NCBI GenBank assembly: GCA_965226585.1 | Contig: OZ245366.1 | Coordinates: forward strand, 1 to 64,000 | Direction of reading: 5' to 3' | Source: Thermodesulfobacteriota bacterium | Lineage (GTDB): Bacteria > Desulfobacterota_D > UBA1144 > Nemesobacterales > Mycalebacteriaceae | DNA: 64,000 nucleotides | Part shown: piece by piece, positions 1 through 9,641 of the stretch | Layout of the letters: each line of letters begins with the position of its first letter | Numbering within the stretch: position 1 is the first letter of the stretch | Translations under genes and position numbers: made by a program | Notes under the pieces: generated by a model | Seen by the model: the letters and a program-made list of their open reading frames with translations, nothing else | Database searches by the model: none | What the model was told of the DNA's origin: nothing

Positions 1-198
1 AGGGCTGTCGCTGTCGTATCCCGTCTGCGTGGGAAGGTCAAACGCCACGCTGAGACCCGTCTGCCCTTTGGCAAGGTTTTTTCTGTAAAGTTTGTTTGAC
101 GCCTCAGCCGTTGAGTGGCCGGCGTATGTGCGCATTATCCACGGACGGTCTTTCGCCGCCGCCGGTTCTCCGGCTTTTCCGTTTTTCAGTTTTGACAT
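1..198 (-). CDS. ecm: Ethylmalonyl-CoA mutase (MeaA/Ecm), 5' part; runs off the window edge
   Basis: Manual translation from ATG at 198: [73 protein letters not shown] and DLPTQTGYD are typical of MeaA/Ecm, versus RQYAGFS and DLPTHRGYD in Mcm. Confidence 0.85.
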   Translation of the reverse strand, partial: MSKLKNGKAGEPAAAKDRPWIMRTYAGHSTAEASNKLYRKNLAKGQTGLSVAFDLPTQTGYDSDSP

Positions 199-230
199 CC
201 CTGTAATACCCCGCCTCTACGGCTCCCACT

Positions 231-258
231 AGTGTAAAACCGGCAGGCGGCAAGTCAA
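231..258 (-). promoter_or_regulatory. Putative sigma70 promoter for ecm
   Basis: Minus strand TTGACT-16 nt-TACACT, about 30 nt upstream of the ATG. Confidence 0.5.
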
Positions 259-274
259 GAAAGAAAGGCGACGT

Positions 275-667
275 TTATCCGATGATAACGTCTTTGAGGA
301 GTTCGCGCGCCTTTTCGTTTTCGGGAGTTGCGAGGGCCACAAGCGAGTAGTCTCCGTCTCTGCTTATGATGTGCATACTGCGGATATCCACCTCTGAGTC
401 TCTGAGCCTTCCGGAAACCGCCGCAAGCGAGCCGGGCTCATTCTTCAACCTGACGACTATAGACTCTTCAGAAACCGCCTTGAAGCCCGAATCGTTCAGG
501 GCTTTAAGCGCTTTGTCGTAACTGTCTGTGGCGATAACAACCGCCCCGTGAGAGGAAAGACCGCTTGTGTCAAGCCGCTCTATGTTGATTCCCTTCCCGG
601 AAAGCACTCTGCTTATGTCGGCGATAACGCCCACTTTGTTCCGGCTTACAACCACTATCTGCTTCAT
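275..667 (-). CDS. Tandem ACT-domain protein
   Basis: Two ACT-like motifs (NKVGVIADISRVLSGKGINI and NEPGSLAAVSGRLRDSEVDI); starts 2 nt after the decarboxylase stop. Confidence 0.85.
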   Translation of the reverse strand: MKQIVVVSRNKVGVIADISRVLSGKGINIERLDTSGLSSHGAVVIATDSYDKALKALNDSGFKAVSEESIVVRLKNEPGSLAAVSGRLRDSEVDIRSMHIISRDGDYSLVALATPENEKARELLKDVIIG

Positions 668-669
668 TT

Positions 670-1878
670 TCAGGCTTTTTCCCCGCCTCTTTTTCTTATG
701 TCCCGCGCTATCTCATTCACGGCATTTTCAATGTCTGTGCGGGACAGGTGCGGCAGTGTGATTATATGCGATATGTCGTCTTTTGAGGCAAGTTTCCATT
801 TTCTCACAATCTTCGCGCTTGTGCGCGGAAACACAACCGTAAGCGAGTTCGGATTCCTCCACGCCCGGATACCTTTCTGCGCGAACTTTTCAATGGCAAA
901 ATCCGCAAGTTTTATGGAGTCTCTCACGATTTTCCTTATCCCTTTCACCCCGTAGCGTTTAACCGCGTACCAGATTGCAAGCGGCGCGAATCCGCTTCTT
1001 GAGCCCGAAATTGTTGTGTCCAGAACGCCCACGTACTCTATGCTTCTCGCGATAAGGTTCACATTGCCTCTCTTTGCGAGAACAACGCCGCACGGAAGAG
1101 GGCTTCCTATCATCTTGTGTCCGCTTATGGCGATGCTGTCTATTCCCAGAGGAAAACCGAAAACGGGAGGATTATCCACAAACGGGAGAACCATGCCGTT
1201 CAGCGCGGCGTCGCAGTGGATATAAGACTTCGTTATGGCGAGCCCGGAAAGTATTGAGCGGATTTCCTCCACGTCGTCAACCGCTCCGGTCATGGTGGTT
1301 CCGGAGGTTGCCATCACGATGGTGGGGCGGTCTCTGTGAATGCGCACGGTTTCCCTGAGGTCTTCGCAGTCCATTTCGCCGCCGGGAGTGCTTCTTATCA
1401 TTATGTGCCTTGTTCCCAGAAGGCGCATTATTTTGGGAACGCTGTAGTGTGTGTCTTCGGAAAAATAAACTATCGCCTCCTTGCCCATAAGTTCCCTTGC
1501 GAGGTAAAGACCGTAAAGATTTCCCTCCGTGCCGCCGCTTGTCATGTAGCCCCAGCAGTTGTCCTCCGGCGCGCCGGTAAGGTCTGCGAAAAATTTAATC
1601 ATTTCACGCTCTATGGCGTGTGTGTTGATGCCGAAATTCGTGTCGTCAAACGGGTCTCCCACATTGTTCATTGAGAATTCCAGAAATCTGTAGAGTTCGG
1701 AATAGTCAAACAGCATATTGCACGGATAGCCCGCGTGGCGGCTCCGGTCTTCTTTCATCGATTTGTAGAGAGCGTCAAGACGTTTTTCGTCTGCCGCGGA
1801 GAGGGTTTTGGGGTATATGCGTCCGCGCGCGGACGCGCGTTTTGAAGTGTTCCCGCCGGATTTTGTGCTCGGTGCCAC
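670..1878 (-). CDS. hdc: PLP-dependent group II decarboxylase, histidine decarboxylase family
   Basis: GYPCN, NNVGDPF, WGYMTSGGTEGN, THYSV, HCDAA and SGHK (PLP lysine) motifs. Confidence 0.8.
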   Translation of the reverse strand: MAPSTKSGGNTSKRASARGRIYPKTLSAADEKRLDALYKSMKEDRSRHAGYPCNMLFDYSELYRFLEFSMNNVGDPFDDTNFGINTHAIEREMIKFFADLTGAPEDNCWGYMTSGGTEGNLYGLYLARELMGKEAIVYFSEDTHYSVPKIMRLLGTRHIMIRSTPGGEMDCEDLRETVRIHRDRPTIVMATSGTTMTGAVDDVEEIRSILSGLAITKSYIHCDAALNGMVLPFVDNPPVFGFPLGIDSIAISGHKMIGSPLPCGVVLAKRGNVNLIARSIEYVGVLDTTISGSRSGFAPLAIWYAVKRYGVKGIRKIVRDSIKLADFAIEKFAQKGIRAWRNPNSLTVVFPRTSAKIVRKWKLASKDDISHIITLPHLSRTDIENAVNEIARDIRKRGGEKA

Positions 1879-1977
1879 TGCTTCAGAGATTATATATGAT
1901 GGCGCGGATAAAATCCGCCCTCAAGTTCCGCTTATGTGGTATATTGCTGTCCTGACGAACCGGAGACCCTACCGAAA

Positions 1978-3006
1978 ATGATAGTTGTAATGAAGAATTC
2001 AGCCGGGCGGGAGGATATTGACAAGGTAATTTCCGCCATTGAAGCCCTCGGCTACAAGGCGCAACCCATAGAGGGAGTTATCCGCACGGTCATAGGGGTT
2101 GTGGGAGATGACCGGGACAAACCCGCCCATCAGGAAAGCCTCGCGCAGCTGAGCGGGGTGGAAAAAGTTGTTCCCATACTCCAGCCCTACAAACTGGCAA
2201 GCAGAGAGGTAAAGGACGAAACCTCGCAGATAAAAGTTGAAGGTTCGGTCATAGGCGGCAAAGAGATATGCGCCATGGCGGGACCCTGCTCGGTTGAGAG
2301 CGAAGAACAGATAATGACAGTCGCCAGAGCGGTAAAGGCGTCCGGAGCCACCATGCTTCGCGGCGGCGCGTACAAACCCCGCACCTCGCCCTACTCATTT
2401 CAGGGACTCGGACAGAAAGGGCTTGACCTCATGCTTGAGGCGAAAAAAGAGACCGGGCTTCTGCTTGTAACGGAGATAATGGACGCAAGCGACATAGACA
2501 AACTTGATAAATACGCGGATGTGCTTCAGATAGGGGCGCGGAACTCGCAGAACTACTCTCTTTTGAAGGTGCTCGGCAAGTCAAAAAAACCCGTGCTTCT
2601 CAAACGCGGGCTCGCGACTTCAATAAAAGAATTCCTCATGTGCGCCGAATACATAATGTCTGAGGGAAACCCCAACGTTATACTTTGCGAGAGGGGAATA
2701 CGCACTTTTGAAACGGCAACCAGAAACACCTTTGACATCAACGCCATACCCGTGTTGAAAGAGAAAACGCACCTTCCCGTGATTGCAGACCCAAGCCACG
2801 GAACCGGATACTGGAACTACGTTACACCGGTGGCGATGGCGGCGGTTGCGGCGGGAGCGGACGGTCTGATAGTGGAAGTTCACAACGAGCCGGAAAAAGC
2901 GTTCAGCGACGGCGGACAGTCTCTCAAGCCGGAAAACTTTGAAAACCTTATGCAAAGAACCGCTCTTGTGGCAAAAGCGGTTGGCAGAACGATGAATGTC
3001 AGCTGA
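1978..3006 (+). CDS. aroF: DAHP synthase type I-beta with N-terminal regulatory (ACT-like) domain
   Basis: AGPCSVES, GGAYKPRTSPYSFQGLG, QIGARN and DPSHGTG motifs; start set to MIVVMK at 1978. Confidence 0.93.
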   Translation: MIVVMKNSAGREDIDKVISAIEALGYKAQPIEGVIRTVIGVVGDDRDKPAHQESLAQLSGVEKVVPILQPYKLASREVKDETSQIKVEGSVIGGKEICAMAGPCSVESEEQIMTVARAVKASGATMLRGGAYKPRTSPYSFQGLGQKGLDLMLEAKKETGLLLVTEIMDASDIDKLDKYADVLQIGARNSQNYSLLKVLGKSKKPVLLKRGLATSIKEFLMCAEYIMSEGNPNVILCERGIRTFETATRNTFDINAIPVLKEKTHLPVIADPSHGTGYWNYVTPVAMAAVAAGADGLIVEVHNEPEKAFSDGGQSLKPENFENLMQRTALVAKAVGRTMNVS

Positions 3007-3601
3007 ATACGGCTTTGCCGTTTTCAAGCCTTACCTTTCCTGAGGCAAAAAGCGATATAACTTCGGGATATGTGCGGTGTTCCTGCGCGTGTATTTTCTC
3101 TGCGAGCGTCTCCTCCGTGTCTCCCGGCTCTATTGGAACTTCCGCCCGCGCTATAACGGGACCCGTGTCAACGCCCTCGTCAACAAAATGCACCGTGCAT
3201 CCCGTGCTCTCCGCGCCTGATTTGAGCGCGCGGCTTATGGCGTTCATTCCCGGAAAATCAGGAAGCAGAGACGGATGCAGGTTGATTATTCTTCCCGCAA
3301 AATGTTTGACAAAAGAAGGCGAAAGCACCCTCATAAAGCCCGCAAGCGCGATGAGGTCAGGCTCGTAGGGGGCAAGCCGTTTCACAATTTCATCCTCAAA
3401 GCCGCCGCGCGATGTGAACCCGGAGCGGTCAACAACTTCAACCGGAATACCGCCGCGCTGAGCCCTTCCTATCGCAGGAGCGCCGGGTCGGTCGCAAATA
3501 ACGGGAGCGATTTGCACGCCCTCTATGGCTGAGTCGATTATTGCCTGAAGGTTGCTTCCATTTCCTGAAACGGCAACGGCAACTTTATAAACGGACGACA
3601 T
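2999..3601 (-). CDS. purN: Phosphoribosylglycinamide formyltransferase
   Basis: SGNGSNLQAI, LAGFMRVL, INLHPSLLP and GCTVHFVDEGVDTGP motifs; ATG at 3601. Confidence 0.95.
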   Translation of the reverse strand: MSSVYKVAVAVSGNGSNLQAIIDSAIEGVQIAPVICDRPGAPAIGRAQRGGIPVEVVDRSGFTSRGGFEDEIVKRLAPYEPDLIALAGFMRVLSPSFVKHFAGRIINLHPSLLPDFPGMNAISRALKSGAESTGCTVHFVDEGVDTGPVIARAEVPIEPGDTEETLAEKIHAQEHRTYPEVISLFASGKVRLENGKAVFS

Positions 3602-3628
3602 CAGGGTTTTGAAAAAATAAAGAAAGAA

Positions 3629-3746
3629 CCAAGGCGGCAACCTACTTTCCCACTCCCGCAGGGAGCAGTATCATCGGCCCAAAAGAACTTAACTTCCGGG
3701 TTCGGAATGGAGCCGGGTGTTTCCTCTCTGGCATAGCCACCCAGAT
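3629..3746 (-). rRNA. rrf: 5S ribosomal RNA (solitary)
   Basis: Minus strand CTGGGTGGCTATGCC...ACACCCGGCTCCATTCCGAACCCGGAAGTTAAG...GCCGATGATACT...GGGAAAGTAGGTTGCCGCC carries the conserved CCGAAC loop and the terminal helix. Confidence 0.95.
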
Positions 3747-3755
3747 TCAGGCGGG

Positions 3756-3783
3756 ATTGTATCACGGCGCGAAGTATTGTCAA
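3756..3783 (-). promoter_or_regulatory. Putative sigma70 promoter of the 5S rRNA
   Basis: TTGACA-16 nt-TACAAT, about 10 nt upstream of the 5S 5' end; the -35 box overlaps the rpoD TGA stop. Confidence 0.7.
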
Positions 3784-5180
3784 TCAACATACAGGCGGAT
3801 TTGAGATTTTCTGCTGTTCTTTTTCAGTTTGGTGAGAGACTTCACCTCTATCTGCCTGACCCTTTCCTTTGTGATTCCAAGCTGTTTGCCTATCTCCTCA
3901 AGCGTGTGCTCTTTTTTCTCGCCAATGCCGAAACGCATTCTGATAACCTTCTGCTCGTTGGGCTTGAGAACCTTGAGCGCGTTGTGGATAAGAGTGCTGA
4001 ACTCTTTTTTCTCCACCACCTCGGACGACATCGCGCCGGGATGCTCGTCTTCCACGAAGTCCATTATGGTGCTGTCTTCGTTTCCGAGCGAAACGTCAAG
4101 CGAGAGGGTGCTTTTTGCGAGATTCATGGTTTTCGAAACCTCGCGGGGAGTCTGTTCAAGCCTGTTCGCTATGTCGTCAATGGAAGGTTTTTTGCTCATC
4201 TTTTGAGAAAGCGCCTGCCTTGTTTTGTATATCTTGCTCACGTTTTCAACCACATGAACGGGAATCTTTATCACCCTTGACTGCTCCGCGATGGCGCGGG
4301 TTATCGCCTGCATTATCCACCAGCTCGCGTGGGTGGAGAACTTGTTTCCCCTGCGGTATTCAAACATGTCAACGGAATGCCTGAGCCCTATGTTGCCCTC
4401 CTGTATAAGGTCAAGAATGGGGAGCCCCCTGTTTTTGTATTTGCGCGCGATGCTTACAACAAGGCGCAGGTTGGCTTCCACAAGTTTTTTCCTGTTCTCA
4501 ACAACCTGCCCGCATGAGGCGCGGAGGTCTGAGAGAGAGGATGAAAGACCTTCCTCTTTCTGCGGCATACAAGCCTTGCGGAGTTTCACGAGGGTTTTTC
4601 TGAGTTCTGCTTTTTGCTTTTCCGAGCGTGTTCTCCGCATTGAAGCCGAGGCTTCTCCGATACCTTCAAGAACGGAAACTGCGGTTTTCTCGGCAGACTC
4701 AAGGGAGTGCTTGAACATAAGGTTGTGCTGGCGGTTCATCTCTTTGAGAATGTCCACCGCTTTCTTTCTGTTGCGCGATTTTTTGCGCGACAACTCACGC
4801 AGTTTTCCGCCCGAACTTTTAATCTTTCCTATCTGCTTTTCAATCTCTTCGCCGTGCTCCACGCATTCGCGCAATTTTGTGAACATCGCACTGTAGCGGT
4901 TGCCCGGCGAGGTTTTTTCATCCTGCTCACAGCCGGCGCAGAACTCTCGCACTATGATGTCAGAGCCGAGAATCGCCGCCGCGACCTTCTCCTTTGAACT
5001 CTCAAGACTTTTCGCGACCTCTATCTCCTGCTCTTTGGTCAAAAGAGGATGAAGCGATATATCCTGCAAATAAGTCCGCATCGGGTCTTTGTCCGTAGAC
5101 CCGTTCAAACTCATCGCCGGAGATGACTCCGCGTTCCCGTCTCCGTAATCAACCCACTTTGTTTCCGCCGCCTTTGTCAT
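3780..5180 (-). CDS. rpoD: Sigma-70 factor in the RpoD position (divergent)
   Basis: Region 1.2 [10 protein letters not shown], region 2 [36 protein letters not shown], region 4 TLEEIG..ERVRQIE; downstream of dnaG. Confidence 0.85.
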   Translation of the reverse strand: MTKAAETKWVDYGDGNAESSPAMSLNGSTDKDPMRTYLQDISLHPLLTKEQEIEVAKSLESSKEKVAAAILGSDIIVREFCAGCEQDEKTSPGNRYSAMFTKLRECVEHGEEIEKQIGKIKSSGGKLRELSRKKSRNRKKAVDILKEMNRQHNLMFKHSLESAEKTAVSVLEGIGEASASMRRTRSEKQKAELRKTLVKLRKACMPQKEEGLSSSLSDLRASCGQVVENRKKLVEANLRLVVSIARKYKNRGLPILDLIQEGNIGLRHSVDMFEYRRGNKFSTHASWWIMQAITRAIAEQSRVIKIPVHVVENVSKIYKTRQALSQKMSKKPSIDDIANRLEQTPREVSKTMNLAKSTLSLDVSLGNEDSTIMDFVEDEHPGAMSSEVVEKKEFSTLIHNALKVLKPNEQKVIRMRFGIGEKKEHTLEEIGKQLGITKERVRQIEVKSLTKLKKNSRKSQIRLYVD

Positions 5181-6936
5181 GACAACCCCCCCTGATTGTT
5201 TTTCTCAGCTTTATCAAGTCCATATACCGCTTCATAAGGTCTTCCATTTCAGCGGAATTGTCTGAAGAGCCGGATTCTATCTGCCTTAGCCTCTCTCTGA
5301 GGTCTTTCATCTCCTTGTCTATCGCAACCATTTTCAGCCTCACGAGGCATTTCTCAATCTCAACGCCAACATTTTCGCCGTTCATAAAGTCAATCTCGTC
5401 AAGCGTGAAGTGCGCCCGCGAAAGAAGGGCGGACATTGCCGGCTCTGAATCGCCCGGGGAAACCGCTCCGGAAGTCCGCAGAGACGAGATAATTTTTTTC
5501 ACCTCTCCGTCCGGAATGTGTTTCATAATCTGCTCTTCACACAGAAACTCCGCCATTTCGGGAAACTTAAGCGATATTCTGAGAAGCATCATCTCTGCCG
5601 CGGAAACTTGTTGCGCCGGTTCCCCTCCGGCAGACTGAGCCGTTTTTACCGCGCGCCGCGCGGGCGCGCCCGCAGACCGGACGGTTGAATAAAGATCCTG
5701 CTCCCTGAAACCGAACCTGCGTGAAACCTCCCGGACATACGGCCCTATCTCCGGGGAATTCCCCATAACGGGAACAACCGACATAAGCCGCTTCGCGGCG
5801 GCTGATTGCGACATCCTGTTCTCCGCAAGCGCAGACGACACGTCACGCATAAGAACCTCCGTAAGCGGAGGAGCCGAGTCTATGAGAGCGCGGAGAGCTT
5901 CCGCGCCGTTTTCCCGCGCGAACTGGTCGGGGTCAACCCCTTCGGGAGGGCGCGCTATTCGCGGAACAACCCCGCCCGACAAAAACACCTCGCCCGCGGT
6001 GAAAGATGAATCCACACCGGCGCGGTCTCCGTCGTAGAGAATTACAACATCTTCAGCGTATCTTTTTATTATGCCGACCTGATCCCTTGTTAAGGAAGTG
6101 CCGAGAGACGCCGCAACATTCTTCACGCCCGCCCCGTAGACGGAGAGAAGGTCAAAATAGCCCTCAACAAGAACGCAGACACCGCTTTTTTTTATGTCCT
6201 GCCTTGTCATGTGGAGGCCGTAGAGCGAACGTCTTTTTCTGTAAACCGCAGACTCGGATGAGTTCAGATACTTCGGAACCCCGTCCCGCTCAAGCGTTCT
6301 GCCGCCGAAACCGAGAACTTTTGAGTCCGGGCTGAGTATTGGAAAGATAAGCCGCGACCGGAATTTTCCGTAAGTTGTTCCGCGCTCGCCGCGGGAGAGA
6401 AGCCCCGCCTCAAGGGCGCGCGGAGCGGAAAACCCGCCTTTTTTGATAAAATCAGGTATCGCGGCGGCGGCGGCGGGAGCGTAGCCGAGTTGAAACTTTT
6501 CCGCCGCCTCAGGCGTAACGCCTCTGCCAGTGAGATACTCTAGAGCCTTGCGCGATTCCCGCGCCTGTGATTCCAGCGATTTTCTGAAAAAACCGCAGAC
6601 CGCCTTGTTCATGTCAAAAAGAGCGTCAGTCGCTGAATCTTTTCCGCCGCCGCGCTCAAGCTCAACACCCGCCCGCTCGGCAACCTCTCTGAGCGCTTCA
6701 ATAAAACTGCTCCCGTTTATCTTTTGCAGAAACGTGAAAACATCGCCGCCCGCCTTGCAACTGAAGCAGTGGAACATCGCTTTGTCTTCACTTACGTGAA
6801 GGGACGGGTTTTTGTCATCGTGGAAAGGGCAGAGACCCTTGTATGAAGCCCCGGCTTTTTTCAGAGAAACATAGTCGCCGATTATCTCGACTATGCTGAC
6901 CCTGCTTTTCAGTTCTTCTTTTGAGACTGACGCCAT
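5149..6936 (-). CDS. dnaG: DNA primase
   Basis: Zinc ribbon [44 protein letters not shown] at 6936. Confidence 0.96.
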   Translation of the reverse strand: MASVSKEELKSRVSIVEIIGDYVSLKKAGASYKGLCPFHDDKNPSLHVSEDKAMFHCFSCKAGGDVFTFLQKINGSSFIEALREVAERAGVELERGGGKDSATDALFDMNKAVCGFFRKSLESQARESRKALEYLTGRGVTPEAAEKFQLGYAPAAAAAIPDFIKKGGFSAPRALEAGLLSRGERGTTYGKFRSRLIFPILSPDSKVLGFGGRTLERDGVPKYLNSSESAVYRKRRSLYGLHMTRQDIKKSGVCVLVEGYFDLLSVYGAGVKNVAASLGTSLTRDQVGIIKRYAEDVVILYDGDRAGVDSSFTAGEVFLSGGVVPRIARPPEGVDPDQFARENGAEALRALIDSAPPLTEVLMRDVSSALAENRMSQSAAAKRLMSVVPVMGNSPEIGPYVREVSRRFGFREQDLYSTVRSAGAPARRAVKTAQSAGGEPAQQVSAAEMMLLRISLKFPEMAEFLCEEQIMKHIPDGEVKKIISSLRTSGAVSPGDSEPAMSALLSRAHFTLDEIDFMNGENVGVEIEKCLVRLKMVAIDKEMKDLRERLRQIESGSSDNSAEMEDLMKRYMDLIKLRKTIRGGCHDKGGGNKVG

Positions 6937-7009
6937 TTCCCACCAGAGGCGGGAGAACCCTCGTTTCCGCCGCCCGCACAAACCCACCGAAACACGAGGT
7001 AATTAAACA

Positions 7010-7192
7010 TCAGCGTGACTTCCTCATACGTTTTATCGCCGCCAGAATTTTTCTCTTGCGTCTCTGGCTTGGTTTCTCGTAAAACTCTCTCTTGCGCACT
7101 TCGGAAAGAACGCCCGCCCTTTCAACCTGCTTTTTGAAACGCTTGAGAGCGCTGTCTATGCTTTCGCTTGAACCAACAACTATGCCGGGCAT
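7010..7192 (-). CDS. rpsU: 30S ribosomal protein S21
   Basis: [33 protein letters not shown]; rpsU-dnaG-rpoD order. Confidence 0.95.
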   Translation of the reverse strand: MPGIVVGSSESIDSALKRFKKQVERAGVLSEVRKREFYEKPSQRRKRKILAAIKRMRKSR

Positions 7193-7243
7193 CAGATGCG
7201 TCCTCCGAGGTTTGTCTTTGTTGAAATAATCGTCATTTGCCCA

Positions 7244-7272
7244 ATGTTAAAGATAAACAAAGTCAATGTCAA
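7244..7272 (-). promoter_or_regulatory. Putative sigma70 promoter of rpsU-dnaG-rpoD
   Basis: TTGACA-17 nt-TAACAT upstream of a GGAGG Shine-Dalgarno and rpsU. Confidence 0.55.
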
Positions 7273-7531
7273 TGGGGTGTTTACTACTCCGGAGCTTTGC
7301 CGGAAAAAACTTTTCCGAACATTTTACGCTTGCGGAGCACCTCTTTTTCCTCACCGTCTGAGGAATCGGAAGATGTTTCGCGGTCTTGCGGAGCGTCCTT
7401 TCTCTGCTCCTCAAGACGCACGTCCCACGGGTCTTCCCGCTCTCTGAGTATGCGCGTCAGCCCCAACCGGCGACCCTCCCGCCTGTCTTCCCGTTTGTGT
7501 GATTTATCTCTAGCATATAGATTTACCGCAA

Positions 7532-7771
7532 ATGACGGAACTCACTCTGGACGTGTTGAGGAACTATATCAACATCCTGTCCAAAACAATACCCGACATG
7601 CTTTCCGGCGCCTCCCCCGCAGCGCGTCTCGGCGTTTACAGCGCCGCGCTGATTATCTATCCGCTTGCCCTTGTCGTTCTGCTCGGGCTCATTGCGGTCG
7701 CGTGGGTCGCGGTTTTCGCCGTCCGCCCTTTCACCGGGCAAACCCCGCCGGACTCTCCCTCCGCCCCATGA
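7532..7771 (+). CDS. Small hypothetical membrane protein
   Basis: 79 aa with one long hydrophobic segment; stop overlaps the uppS start (ATGA). Confidence 0.55.
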   Translation: MTELTLDVLRNYINILSKTIPDMLSGASPAARLGVYSAALIIYPLALVVLLGLIAVAWVAVFAVRPFTGQTPPDSPSAP

Positions 7772-8496
7772 AGAAACGCGATTTGATGCCGCGCCATATC
7801 GCCGTGATAATGGACGGCAACGGCAGATGGGCGCGGGAAAAAGGTATGCGCAGAGTTGCCGGGCACATTGCCGGAATGAAGTCCGTAACCGCGATTGTGA
7901 AGGCGGCGCGCGATCTGGGCGTGAATTACTTGAGCCTGTACGCATTTTCCATTCAGAACTGGGGACGCCCGAAAAGCGAAGTGGACGGACTGATGGAACT
8001 GCTGGGCAAATACCTTGAAACGGAAAGCTCCAACCTCGTAAAAAACGGCATACGGCTGAACCCCATCGGACGGCTCGACCGGCTTCCCCCGGCGGCGCGG
8101 CGCGCGCTTGAAGAAACGGTGAGAAAAACGCGCAAATGCCGGCGGTTCACGCTTACCCTCGCGCTGAGTTACGGAGCGAGGGAGGAGATAGTCGAAGCGG
8201 CGCGCAAGATAGCGGCTTCGGGAATTGACCCCGCGCGCGTTACCACGAAAACGGTGGAGAAAAATCTCTACACCGCCGGTCTTCCCGAACCCGACCTGCT
8301 TATAAGAACGGGCGGCGAGATGCGTCTGTCAAACTTCTTCCTGTGGCAGTCCGCCTACACGGAGATATACGTAACAAAAACCCTGTGGCCTGATTTCAGA
8401 AAACGCCATCTGAAAAAAGCGGTTGAGACTTTCATGAAACGCGAAAGAAGGTTCGGTCTCACAAAACCTGCGGGAAGGCGCGGAGGAGAAGATTGA
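7768..8496 (+). CDS. uppS: Undecaprenyl diphosphate synthase
   Basis: HIAVIMDGNGRWA, YAFSIQNWGRP and DLLIRTGGEMRLSNFFLWQ motifs; ATG at 7768. Confidence 0.95.
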   Translation: MKKRDLMPRHIAVIMDGNGRWAREKGMRRVAGHIAGMKSVTAIVKAARDLGVNYLSLYAFSIQNWGRPKSEVDGLMELLGKYLETESSNLVKNGIRLNPIGRLDRLPPAARRALEETVRKTRKCRRFTLTLALSYGAREEIVEAARKIAASGIDPARVTTKTVEKNLYTAGLPEPDLLIRTGGEMRLSNFFLWQSAYTEIYVTKTLWPDFRKRHLKKAVETFMKRERRFGLTKPAGRRGGED

Positions 8497-9641
8497 AAAA
8501 AATATCCATTCTCGGCTCCACGGGATACATAGGCAGGCAAGCGCTTGAAGTGGCGGGGAGTTTCCCCGGACAGTTTCAAGTTTGCTCGCTTTCGTCTGGT
8601 TCAAACACCGGGCTTCTGCTTGAGCAGGCGGAGAAGTTTTCCGCCTCCGCCGTGTGCGTGGCGGACGAGGAAAAAGCGCGGGAAGCGGAAAAAGCGGCGG
8701 GCGGAGAAATACGCGTTCTTTCGGGGAAACGGGGGCTTTGCGAAATCGCCGGGGACGATTCCGAAACGGTGGTTGCGGCGATAGTCGGAAGCGCGGGGCT
8801 TGAGCCGACACTTGCGGCGATACGGGCGGGCAAAAGGGTCGCGCTCGCAAACAAAGAGGCGGTGGTTGCGGCGGGGAAATTTTTGACGGATGAAGCGGAG
8901 AGGAGCGGAGCCTCCATCGTTCCGGTTGACAGCGAACACAGCGCCGTCTTTCAGGCGATACGGGCGGGCGGAGAGGTAAAAAGGATTGTGATAACGGCGT
9001 CCGGCGGTCCGTTCAGAAACGCGACTCCGGAGCAACTCGGCAAGGTAACGGCAAAACAGGCTCTCCGTCATCCCACGTGGGACATGGGAGACAAGATAAC
9101 GATTGACTCTGCGACGATGATGAACAAAGCGTTTGAAATCATAGAGGCGCGCTGGCTTTTTGACATTCCGCCCGAAAAAATCTCGGTCTGGATTCATCCG
9201 CAGAGCATTGTCCACTCCATCGTTGAGTTCACAGACGGCTCATATGTGTGCCAGATGAGCGAGCCGGATATGCGTGTGCCGATAGCATACGCGCTTTCGT
9301 TTCCCGAACGCCTGCCGCTTGAAACATCTCCGCTGACGCCTGAACGCCTTTCCGCCTGCTCGTTTGAAGAGGCGGACGCGAAAAAAATCACCCCTCTCGC
9401 GCTCGCTTTTGAAGCTCTTGAAAAGGGAGGAACTGCGCCCGCAGCTCTCAGCGCGGCAAATGAGGAGGCGGTGCGCCTTTTTCTTGACAACCGTATAGAA
9501 TTCACAGACATAGTCGCGCTCGCCCGGACGGTTATGCGGGAAAGCGGGTATGAGCCGGCGGACTGCGTTGAAGCGGTGGCGGCGGCAGACGGGGCGGCGC
9601 GCGAAAAGGTTAAATCCATGGTTTCAGGAAAGAAAAAATGA
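8493..9641 (+). CDS. dxr: 1-deoxy-D-xylulose 5-phosphate reductoisomerase
   Basis: LGSTGYIG, LANKE, PVDSEH, TASGGPFR and HPTWDMGDKITIDSATMMNK motifs. Confidence 0.96.
   Translation: MKKISILGSTGYIGRQALEVAGSFPGQFQVCSLSSGSNTGLLLEQAEKFSASAVCVADEEKAREAEKAAGGEIRVLSGKRGLCEIAGDDSETVVAAIVGSAGLEPTLAAIRAGKRVALANKEAVVAAGKFLTDEAERSGASIVPVDSEHSAVFQAIRAGGEVKRIVITASGGPFRNATPEQLGKVTAKQALRHPTWDMGDKITIDSATMMNKAFEIIEARWLFDIPPEKISVWIHPQSIVHSIVEFTDGSYVCQMSEPDMRVPIAYALSFPERLPLETSPLTPERLSACSFEEADAKKITPLALAFEALEKGGTAPAALSAANEEAVRLFLDNRIEFTDIVALARTVMRESGYEPADCVEAVAAADGAAREKVKSMVSGKKK

Noticed and set aside
7284..7466. 60-aa acidic ORF upstream of rpsU
   Set aside because: No recognisable motif or clear Shine-Dalgarno; cannot be supported, though not excluded
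7237..7767. Long N-terminal extension of uppS in the ORF track (similar extensions for aroF, purN, dnaG, ispB, serA)
   Set aside because: Family homology starts at downstream start codons, and the extensions overlap other genes or promoters
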